This document shows, one piece after another, positions 12,812 to 23,365 of a stretch of 64,000 nucleotides of DNA (position 1 is its first letter; every line of letters starts with the position of its first letter). The notes beneath the pieces are model-generated. The model was not told where the DNA came from, did no database searches, and saw nothing but the letters and a program-made list of their open reading frames with translations. Position numbers and translations under genes: made by a program. This DNA is from Haliotis cracherodii (lineage: Eukaryota), in contig NW_027266297.1 in assembly GCF_022045235.1 (NCBI RefSeq), forward strand, positions 25,358,001 through 25,422,000, written 5' to 3'.

Positions 12812-13083
12812 TGATTGGTTGGTTGGTTTGGTGTTTAACGCCGCACTCAGCAATATTCCAGCTATATAACAGCGGTCTGTAAATAATCGAGTCTGGACCA
12901 GACAATCCAGTGATTAATATCATGAGCATCGATCCACGCAATTGGGATCGATGACATGCATCAACCAAGTCAGCGAGCCTGACCACCCGATCCCGTTAGT
13001 CGCCTCTTACGACAAGCAAACTCGCCTTTTACGGCAATCATAGGTTGCTGAAGACCTATTCTACCCCCGAATCTTCACGGGTC
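12812..13083 (-). mobile_element. Family A SINE inserted in an old family-D-like copy (12722-13230)
   Basis: TSD CCCTTGGTT at 12803-12811 and 13084-13092. Confidence 0.88.
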
Positions 13084-14125
13084 CCCTTGGTTCGACAACA
13101 CCACACCTTCACACTGGGTTTTACCAATGTGGCGGACATCAACGATCTGGGTCACCTTGCACTTTCCGACAACATAAACCCCACGCGCAGTAGTATAACT
13201 GAAATACTGCTTAAAGTGGTGTTAATTCAAGCCCTGTAACTGTCCCATTTCTTTTTACATTCAGTATAACAGCGGACTCGACAATCCGATGACAGTAATG
13301 CACAATACTCACAAACGTATGTTGATACTTTTTTGACAGCCAGGACAATACCACGGCCTATTAAAAAACAACACGAAGAAAAATCCAACACTTCCGAACG
13401 GTCTTAAGTCACGTTTAATGTCCATGGGAATATGCAAGACCGTCTTATATTTCATTCTAGACTGTGATTGAGGTTATTTTCTCATGAAGTATCTAAATAT
13501 GCCTGTCATTAATTCAGAACAGTTTTAATTCAAACCGGATGTCTAAAACTATCATATTTCAGCAACAGCACGATCGACACAAACGTTTTAGTGTTCTAGC
13601 TCGGGAAATTCACATACGTAAACGCATAAGGAATGATTCATTGCCAACGACGTCCCACACAGCAAATAACGTTCACAACAGTTAAAACACCTTTTGATAT
13701 ATCACGTCACATACTTATTAAAATCACGTGTTTGTTGGTTTGGACACAAAGCACAGTTAGAATCATATACATATTGCAAATGTCGTACATTTGGCTCCAA
13801 GCCTGTGAAAATCAGGCTTAGAATAGGTATTCAGCAACACATCAAGCTGTCACGCCGAGGTATAGATTGTTCATAGCGGTGCTCACTCAACCCAACTCAC
13901 GCCCTCAAAGGTCAGACGTGATAAGTCCAGAACAGAATATATCCCCCGTACATGAATTGCATAGGAAGTGATTAACTTTAGGATGGGAGGTGATGACGTG
14001 TGATTGTTTGCTCATGTTATCAATCACTAGATTTCCTGTTCTGAATTTTTATGTCCAGTCTGACAGTGCAGAGAAGTTGACAACCGAATACACATTCGTG
14101 TATTTCAAATTCACATTTATCGGCA

Positions 14126-14381
14126 ACCCGTGACGATCCGGGGTAGAATAGGTCTTCGGCAACCCATGATGGCCGTAAAAGGCGACTATGCTTGTCGAAA
14201 GAGGCGATTGGGTGGTCATGCTCACTGACTTTGTTGATGCGTGTCATCGTATCCCAATTGCGTGGATCGATGCTCTTGATGCCAGTCCTTGGATTGTCTG
14301 GTCCAGACTCGATTATTTACAGACCGCCGTCATATAGCTAGAATATTGCTGAGTGCGACGTTAAACAACAACCAAACAAAC
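14126..14381 (+). mobile_element. Family A SINE
   Basis: ACCCGTGACGATCCGGGG head through to the tail. Confidence 0.85.
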
Positions 14382-15186
14382 ATTTGGCCCTCAACGCGTA
14401 GTCATACAAAAACTAGTTCGGTATATAAAAAAGCACTAGCCCGTCAACTTCAGGAAGGTAGCGTTAAACCAACCCGAGAAGATGCTGCCAGGGTTTGCAA
14501 TGGTTCTGTGACAAGTAGGCGTGATGGCTAACTATGAACACGTGTCTTCATCTCGATATTCTCCAATCCATATTTACATGGCAAATTGTATATGAGGAAG
14601 ATATTTATCTCTCAACGTCATCAAAGAGAACCTATTTCGCCGCCTCAACGCTGAGGCTTAGATCTGAAGCTGTAAGACTGCCTTGTGATGTTTGAATGTA
14701 ATTAGGGGTACATACAGTGATCTGGCCTGTACAATAGGAGACGTGATACAGATATGATGTGTCTATGGGGACTTATATCCGCCACGTGATGTAGATATTG
14801 CTACAAAGGGAGAAATGTGACAACCGTGTATGACATTCATAAGCGTGACATATGAATCGCACTTCCACTGTCTATGTCACGTGCGTATTTGTCCCAAATG
14901 ACTTCTTTATGTTCTGATGATATCGTATACCTGAAAACACAATCAAATCTTTCTCTCCCATGGTTTTAGCAAGAGGAAATATAGTTCACCGCGTAGCATA
15001 ATTAAATTAATGTTTCATGTTCAGCTCTTTCCAATGGCATGGACGTCATAGTAACCAGAGATTTCGTTCGACATGCAGAAGGTGTAGGTTTGAATCTAAT
15101 TGAAATATTTAACTAATGCTGAAATTGGTGAAACATATTGTTGCCTCTCTTGTGATGACACCCTAAGAATAGATTAACGCTCAAGA

Positions 15187-15452
15187 TTTGTTTGTTTGTT
15201 ATTTAACGCCGCATTCAGCAATATTCCAGTTATATGACGGTGGTCTGTAAATTAATCGAGTCTGGAACAGACAATCCAGTGAGTAACATCATGAGCATCG
15301 ATCCACGCAATTGAGATACAATGATATGCATCAACCAAGTCAGCGTATCTGACCGCCCGATGCCGTTAGTCGCCTCTTACGACAAGTATAGTCGCCTTTT
15401 ACGGCAAGCATGGGTTGCTGAAGACCTATTCTGCATCGTATCTTCACTTGTC
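15187..15452 (-). mobile_element. Family A SINE
   Basis: Full length; imperfect TSD TAACGCTCAAGA/TAACGCTTCAGA. Confidence 0.85.
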
Positions 15453-15703
15453 CTAACGCTTCAGAGCTTCAATCCGGGGCAACTGAATGTCAAATAAATT
15501 GGATACCAAATTATTTGAGGTTTACGTCACGTTCCTCCTGTTGTTACGGTTACCTTGACCTTCCCCCGCAATTTCCTTAAATGTCTGTATACATGGGAGC
15601 AGATAAAATCATGTACCGCCGATTTCTTAGTACGAGGTAGCGTTATACTAATAGAACCAGGCATCACCTGTTAATCAACGTGTCCGTGAAACCCATTCGT
15701 CAG

Positions 15704-16051
15704 GCCGCCTTCGTGGTCTTGTGGTAGAGCGTTCCCTCGGAGAGAGGAAGGTCCGGGGTTCGATCCCCGGCCGCGTCATACCAAAAGACGTTAAAAGATG
15801 GTACTTGTTGTTACCCTGTCTGCCGCTCGATATTAAGGGGCTAAAACAAGGACTGGTCGGCTCGTAGTCAGTATACTGTGTCTGAGTGGGGTATTCATGT
15901 TAAACTGCATGGTATCTCAGTGGGCTAGCACTATAAATCGGCATCAGTCCGGACTAGTACAAGCAGCCACAGACACACACGTACATGCACGTCGCTATAT
16001 AAGTGCAATAATCTTGGACGCGACGTTAAACCCAATTTCACCTCACCACCT
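15704..16051 (+). mobile_element. Family B (Meta-like) SINE
   Basis: Full length; TSD TTCGTCAG at 15696-15703 and 16052-16059. Confidence 0.87.
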
Positions 16052-16078
16052 TTCGTCAGCTGTGTCACCTTCATATCA

Positions 16079-16275
16079 TTTGTTGTTTAACGCTGCTCTC
16101 AGCAATATTCCAGCTATATGGCGGTCTGTAAATAATCGAGTCTGGACAATACAAGCCATTGACTGACATCATGAGCATCATACAATTGGGAAACGACGAC
16201 ACGTAATCAATCAAGTCACCGAGCCTGACCACCCGATCTCGTTAGTCTTTTCTTACGAGTAGCTGAGGACCTATG
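16079..16275 (-). mobile_element. Degenerate family A SINE running into a minisatellite
   Basis: Tail and body recognisable; the head is reiterated as the 37-bp array. Confidence 0.75.
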
Positions 16276-16318
16276 TTCAGGTTGCTGGGGGCCTATATTC
16301 GTACCCGGAGTCCCTCTT

Positions 16319-16725
16319 CTGTGGACCTATTCTAATCTTAAATCGCAACGGGGAACCGGGAGCCTATTCTATTCTTGAATCGCAGCGGGGCACTGGGGAT
16401 CTATTCTGTCCCTGAATCGCCAAGAGGCACTGGGGACCTATTCTATTCCTGAATCGCCAAGGGGCACTGGGAACCTTTTTCATCCCTGAATCGCAACGGG
16501 GAACTGAGGGTCAATTGTATCCCTGGATTGCCACGGGGCGCTGGGGCTCTATTCTATCCTTTAGTCACCACAGGGAACTGGAGACGTATTCTATCCCTGA
16601 ATCGCCAAGAGGCACTGGGGACCTATTCTATTTCTGAATCGCCAAGGGGCACTGGAGACCTATTTTATCCCCGAATGGTCACGGAACACCGAAGGACCTA
16701 TTCCATCCCCGAATTGCAACGAGGA
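16319..16725. repeat. 37-bp minisatellite, 11 units
   Basis: Unit CTGGGGACCTATTCTATCCCTGAATCGCCAAGAGGCA; unit starts at 16319, 16356, 16393, 16430, 16467, 16504, 16541, 16578, 16615, 16652 and 16689. Confidence 0.9.
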
Positions 16726-17708
16726 AGGTTAAATTGAATTGTAAAATTGAATGAAATTAAATGGAAAAGAATTGCATGTTAAGAGTAAAATTACCTCAAT
16801 GTGAAATTAAACTCTTAATCTTCGCAGAATTGCCGCAAGGGTATCCAGAATTTAACATTATCAAAAGTGGGTGTGGTTGTGCCCTAATTTATTTTAGTCC
16901 ACAATGTATGAATAATTTGGCATTTATTAAGTTTTGTGGAGATTCTTCCCGATAAGAATCCGAAAAACAAATCAGTAAATTGTTTGGGCCTAATGAATCA
17001 CCCCGATACTGTACAGAATAGCGGTTAAACTGAGTGATTGGGCTATGCGCTGTGAGACATTAGAATGTTTGCCTCGTGTGTACCCATCTTCCCATTATTG
17101 CCACACTATAGACCGCGTCTACTCCGAGTTGACCGGCCTTTCATGTGCCCCCTCTGATGTCATGTAATAAAGACAGTGCCAGCAAACTTCCCATTTAACA
17201 CAGACCCACTTGGAACATGTACTCTTGTCCACCTGACGAGAAGGGCAACACCTGTCGGTTCACCTGTAATTAGCCGACCGGGTGCTTGCTACAAACTGGC
17301 CCTTGTGTGTATTGTTAGCTTATCAGCTCTAAAGCTTGGCCCACTGTAGATGGATATAGCCACGTGCGAGAAGCCAAGATATACCGATCACAAAAACTAG
17401 TTCAAATGGATATTAATGTGTACTACCACTACATAAATTACTGTCATTCACCCTCAGGAATCGCAGGCTGTCTGTGTGTCGCACATAGTCAATCAGTTGA
17501 GCCCCGCCCCAACAATAACTAGAGTACAGGTACGAGTGATGGGACGCAAACACCGGCGTGTTCGGTTCTGACCAGTCATATAATTGACTTCCGTGGAAGC
17601 CATGTCGCTTCTGTTCAATAGGTGCGACTTGTGCTGTAGTGCCATGTGGTGGAAAGAGGGCGATAGTCATAGTGAAAGTGGGGAGGAATTGTTATCAGGG
17701 ATAAGATA

Positions 17709-17885
17709 CAACTCTAAATGCACGTGAGGCGGTTGAACTGTGATCAAAGACATGAAGCCAACTTTGCATGCACGTGAGGCGGTTGAACTGTGATCAGACA
17801 CATGAAGCCAACTCTTCATGCACGTGAGGCGGTTGAACTGTGACCAGAGACATGAAGCCAATTCTTCTTGCACGTGAGGCGGTTG
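17709..17885. repeat. 50-bp tandem repeat, about 3.5 units
   Basis: CACGTGAGGCGGTTG at 17721, 17771, 17821 and 17871. Confidence 0.93.
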
Positions 17886-18172
17886 TTGGATGTTATATAC
17901 AAGTACGTCTGTTGTCATGGGAGAAGGCACCAAGGGGCGGTCTGGGTCACCGCTTCGAAAAATATTTCAGTTATATCATGGAGTGTTAATGTTGACCAAG
18001 CCTAGTCTGACACAGGTTGTAGACGTTACCACCTTCGCGAAACCCATGAGTTAGGGTAAATGAAAGGACAAAACTCTTTCTATTACCATAAGAAATATGT
18101 GCTGAAAGCAGAATATGTTATACAATATTCCGACACTATCATATCTTGGTTATGAGTCACTATCAACTAGTA

Positions 18173-18385
18173 AGTGAGTGAGTGAGTTGGGTTTAACAGT
18201 GTTACAGTTATATCACGGTGGAGGAAAGCCCGAAGTGATGCAGTCTATGACGTTTACCACTTCGGTGAAACCCACGAGCACGGGTATGGTGCTGACAAAC
18301 CTAGAAACATAATTGGGGCGAACCGGGATTCGAACCCACAATCATAGGTTTCTGGCGTGCGAGAGGGACGCAACTCTGCACAACG
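18173..18385 (-). mobile_element. Family D SINE, 5'-truncated
   Basis: Matches 10570-10854 with internal deletions. Confidence 0.8.
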
Positions 18386-18564
18386 ACTCAAATAGTGATG
18401 ATACCAGGTGTTCACGAAAAGGTGTTCGAAACCTACTCAACCGGTTGCACATATGGTAAAGTCATCTGACGTCATTTCGGTGCGTCAAATATGGAAATGT
18501 TCTCATTATGTACATGACTTTCATAAAACGCTTTGAAAAGCGAATTAAAGAATTGAAAATCCAA

Positions 18565-18862
18565 TTAGAATATAATTTTGGTGAAAAAAAACAGAGTTGA
18601 AAGATCGTAAATTTCGTGGTTTATGCTGACTGCCTGAATGATTCAAAAGAAAAGTCTGTGCGTATTATACACGACAAACATATTTTTCCAAAAATTAACT
18701 GCCCGTAATTAAGGGTGCATATAACACACGAGTGTGTATTATACACGAATTAATAAGTCTTGTGTACATTGATCAATCGGAAGGGGTGTTCACTAGCCAA
18801 TATTTTAGCAAATATCACCAGGGGCGCTCATTAGAGCGGGGCGCTTATTACGTCAAATACGG
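18565..18862 (-). mobile_element. Partial Tc1/mariner(pogo)-type MITE, same family as 48183
   Basis: Ends ...TATTACGTCAAATACGG|TA; the body is the reverse complement of 48183-48470. Confidence 0.75.
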
Positions 18863-19052
18863 TACTCACACACTGTACAGGGAAATACAGTGTATACCTT
18901 GACCCCTGTTTTACCCCCACGGTGGTAATCGTGTGAATTCCGCTCGAAGTGAGTGTGTAATATTCCAGCACTATCACTGCAGGTGACAGCAGAAAAGGGA
19001 TTCACACAATGAACCCACGTGAGGAACGAACCCGGACCTTCGGCGTGACGAG

Positions 19053-19702
19053 CATCTTCCCGAGGCAAGGGAGTTAACTGACTATAACAGTCCAGTTTCC
19101 ACCCTCACCGAACTAGGCGAGAATTATGGAGTTTTGGCTGGACTAACGAGTCTATGCATAGTCCAATCAAAATTGTGTAACGAAATCGACATTCGGTTCA
19201 CAAACAACAGGGCAGATTTTGGTCGATTGCAGGATTTGCAGAGCATGTGCAACGTTAATTGGGCGTCGACAGATGTTTTCCAAATCTTTTCATATTGGTA
19301 ATCCAAGCGTTCAAGTGACTTGATGTACTTCGCGAGGTAAGACACATTTTATGACAATAAACATCTTGATTATCGATGTGGGTGTCGTTGTACAAAGCGA
19401 TCTGAGCGCTTAGGTCATCGTAACTCCCATACCTTAACATAGACTTACGACAGTCGTAGCGCTAAGGTTCTTTTGTACAACGGAACCCAAATCGTCTTCA
19501 CTGGGCGCCGCCATTTTGTTTGAAGCAAATGTAAGTGATATGAGCGGTGGATTCTGATTGGTCAATAGGAGGTAAATAGAAGGGACATAACTCGGAACAG
19601 CCTCTGTTGGCGCTACGACCAAGGTCAGAAATTCCATCCTAGTTCGGCAAGGGTGGAAACTGGACTTTTGTAGTCAGTGCATTCCCTTGCCTTGGGAAGA
19701 TG
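19053..19702. mobile_element. MITE with about 65-bp TIRs and 9-bp TSD (Mutator-like by TSD length), inserted in a family-C SINE and carrying a nested CWG-type MITE (19381-19487)
   Basis: TIR CATCTTCCCGAGGCAAG...CTTGCCTTGGGAAGATG; TSD CGTGACGAG at 19044-19052 and 19703-19711. Confidence 0.88.
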
Positions 19703-20584
19703 CGTGACGAGCGAACGCTTCAACAACGCCCACCCCCATTTCGATGTATCCCCCGTTGTGATACTTGGAAAAAAGACAGTCACTGTTAAAAGAAAGGAAT
19801 TGTTTGCCACAAAAAATACATTAAAAGATGGTTTTACCTTGTATTTAGGGACATAGTTTTAATTGAAAAACATACATCTGGTTTTGCATCAGTTGAAAAT
19901 ATGCAGACTCAATCAACAATATTTGCAGGTTCTATTTTTGTTATTAAAAATAATCCTTATTGTGTCTACTGAGCCAAGATGACTATAAACAGGTTTATCA
20001 CTGAACAAAGTAAAATACTTTCTAAAGCGCAGATCTGACATAGCCTCCCGTAGCGCGCCTTTAAGACGTTGTCAGGCACCTGCTATCATTTAATTTCCAT
20101 AATCTCAAAGCCATATCCATGAAGCAGGTTTGAATGGTTATGACTTTGCTTTACGTCATGTTGTATTTAAATTCTATTGAAGTTGTAAACACATTTTTTA
20201 ATACCAGGCACTGTAGTATTCATATGGAATCACACCCAAAGCTAATGTCTTGCACTACAACAGCTGGCGGATGCAGTGAGCATGCATGTTCATTCTTTGC
20301 GTTGAATTAGAAATATTTTATGGATATAATGAATTTCCTCTTATTTAATATTTAATATGTATTATCTAAAAAGCTGTCTCACGTGTCACACGAAGGTATG
20401 TATTTTAACTAATAATGATTTTGATCGTGCTCTATCAGCGTTGTCCCATTCGGATATAAAAATTAACAACAGATCTCTACTGCGGGTGTTAACCACATAT
20501 TCAGTTACTGAGGCAGGCTCTACGCCGTTTGTACAATATTTAAGTAAAACCCAAAGTGCTGCGTCAGCATTATTTGGTAGGCAC

Positions 20585-20833
20585 GAGACCAAGAACTGGG
20601 TTAGAATAGGTCTTCAGCAATCCATACTTGCCATAAAGGCGACTATGCTGGTCGTAAGAGGCGCGACTAACGGGATCGTGTGCTCAGGATCGCTGACTTG
20701 GTTAAATCGTGTCGTTGTATCCCAATTGCGTGGAACGATGCTCATGATGTCAGTCACTGGATTGTCTGGTCAAGACTCGATTATTTACACACCGCCGTCA
20801 TATAGCTGCGGCGTTAAACAACAAACAAACAAA
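20585..20833 (+). mobile_element. Family A SINE
   Basis: Slightly eroded head; body and (CAAA)n tail present. Confidence 0.8.
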
Positions 20834-21577
20834 TGGCAAGACGTTGAGTTTTTTTATTTTTAGGGTATAGGATAGGTCACCAGTAACCTTGACCTGACAT
20901 AACAGATGACTAAATGGATGAGTTTGTCAGGCTCGGTGACCTGGTTGATTGCGTGTCATCGTCCCAAGGCGACGTGGGACGTTACTCGAAGTATCAATCA
21001 CTGGCTTATCTGATCAAGATTCAATAATCAGCAGGCCAGCGTGATGTTGTTTGTATGTTGTTTGTCGCCACACTCAGCAATGATCCAGCTATAGCCGGCG
21101 TGATGTAGCTGGAATATGGCTGATGACAACAAACAAACACAGATAATGTGGAAGGAAAGGTCACATTTACACCAAGTTAAACCGTGGGACATGGGTGTTG
21201 ACATACCAACCTGCCCAGCGGATAACGCCCTCTCTTGTTCTTGACCCTTGAAGTTCCACTGAACGTTCTCTGTATTCTGTCATCGTTGGATATTGTTATA
21301 CGACAACATATGTGTTTGAAACATATGGGATATTTGGCTGACTTTTGGTTGAGCAGTACCATAGGTCAACGATGCACGCCGTCGGAGTTCGATGACACAC
21401 CAACAGCTTGTTCACACATTACCCACCCGATCGTCAATAACATCGGATCCTAGAAGCATGACATACGCGTAGTCATATTTTCATCTGTTGGTGCACGCTG
21501 TACCGATGTTAATGACCTAACAATACAGAAAAATACAATATCAGCAAACTTGTTGATAGGCACGCAAGCTATGAACT

Positions 21578-21929
21578 AGGTGAGGTGAAATTGGGTTTAA
21601 CGTCGCGTCCAAGATTATTGCACTTATATAGCGACGTGCATGCACGTGTATGTGTGTGTGTGTGGCTGCTTGTACTAGTCCGGACTGATGCCGATTTATA
21701 GTGCTAGCTCACTGAGAGACCATGCCGCAGTTTAACATGAATACCCCACTCAGACACAGTATACTGACCCCGAGCGGACCAGTCCTTGTTTTAGCCCCTT
21801 AATGCCGAGATCCAGACAGGGTAACAACAAGTACCATCTTTTAACGTCTTTTGGTATGACGCGGCCGGGGATCGAACCCCGGACCTTCCACTCTCCGGGA
21901 GGACTCTCTACCACAAGACCACGGCGGTC
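21578..21929 (-). mobile_element. Family B (Meta-like) SINE
   Basis: Full-length reverse complement of 15704-16051. Confidence 0.87.
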
Positions 21930-23266
21930 CTGGAACGCTATGGAAGCTGGCGAGTGGAACGTTAGGTATGAACTTAATAATTCAGTACCGACCATTCATT
22001 AGGTGATGAGAAAAACTCGATCAAACGTAAAAGTTTCTTTTAGCCAGTAGTGAACTGTTGACGACGTTCACCGGTAACAAGCATTCTTCTCTGAAGAACA
22101 ACTATTTAAAAACCAATCAAGGACATACATCATTGACGTTATGACGTGTTTGTTAAAGTTGATAATTTTAGTGATGTAACGTCACACTGATCTATTGATA
22201 GATTGGTCTCCAGTGCCTTATGTCTTCATTTTACCTGACGGATGTAATATTCACTCTCATATGACATGGGTATTATACCGCATTCATCTTTATAAGAGTT
22301 TCCTTGGATGAAATCAGGCCCGTCTGTACTGAGCCATCACAGCACGAAGACAGATTTACAATAGTAGTACACGGTAAATATAAAAAGCCACGGGGTTGGG
22401 ACATTTTCCGAAAGAGTCACGAATAGCAATCATCGGTTATCCAGTGTACCATGTCTCCGTTATAATAGACCGGACTAATGCCGGGACTATGGTACTAGCC
22501 CACTGAGTTACCATGCCACAGATTTACAGTTTAACCCCTTAGACACATCATGCTGACGAGTCCTTGTTTTATCTCCTAAATAAAAAGCGCCAGGCAGAGT
22601 AACAACAAGTACATGGGTTTTATACCGTAATCAACTTTATAAGAGTTTCCTTTCATGTAATCAGGCCTAGACCCGTCTGTTCTTAGCCATCACAGCACGA
22701 AGACAGATTTACAATAGTCTCATCTTTTTGTGCTGGTTGTCCTGTCTCTGCGGTGTGTACTGATGCTCACACTATCAATCACTGGTTTGCCTGTTCCGGA
22801 GCACGGTTACACAAAGCGATTTTAGCACCACCATGTGCAGTGACATAATGCTGTGTTTAAGTATGGGGTTCTGAAGACCATATAGCTGATGGCGATAAGT
22901 TAGGACAACTCACTTAACCTACTCACAACGATGGGGTAGTATGGGAATAGCCGAGAGTGAGGTTTATGAAATGATAGGATTGTAACACAGCTGAAAGAAG
23001 TATGCACGTTCCACGCCATTAATTCTGAAAAGTATTGCATGTTTTAATAAACTGACACATTATAGTTATTGAATACAAAGACTGCGGCTGGCTTTCCCAC
23101 GATGACTCAAGAAGGACTCTTTTGTTAAGCTCCGTGAATTATGAGCTTTAAGTAAAGAAAAAACTCAATGTATTATATATGAATACCAGAATCATCGATA
23201 GTTGTACAATTAGAAGTGAAATGAACGCTGTTATATATTTCAAGTTGTGATCTTTTAGCTCACCTG

Positions 23267-23365
23267 GGCCCACTTGCACAAAGTGATCGTAGTGATTGTA
23301 AGCCTATGTTAAAGTATGGGAGTTACGATCATCTTAGCGCTAAGATCGCTTTGTGCAAGTGGGCC
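23267..23365. mobile_element. About 100-bp MITE with CWG TSD (PIF/Harbinger-like)
   Basis: Perfect 17-bp TIR GGCCCACTTGCACAAAG/CTTTGTGCAAGTGGGCC; TSD CTG, target CCTGG. Confidence 0.8.

Noticed and set aside
16319-16725. 37-bp, 50-bp and 61-bp periodic arrays as CRISPR arrays
   Set aside because: They are contiguous tandem units without unique spacers, there are no cas genes, and the context is eukaryotic.
17225-17305. CTGACGA followed by a long hairpin as a hammerhead ribozyme (similar near-match at about 2370)
   Set aside because: The required GAAA after stem II is absent (TACAAAC) and I could not build helices I and III; at most a decayed relic.
20357-20863. 168-aa ORF and other recurring ORFs (…MLMMSITGLSGPDS…, …GRVIPKDVKRWYLLLPCL…)
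   Set aside because: They are translations of family-A and family-B SINE sequence and recur only because the repeats recur.
23250-23266. TTTTAGCTCACCTG (and CAGGTGAGC near 32807) as Helentron/HINE termini
   Set aside because: Only short motif matches; I could not delimit a matching element.
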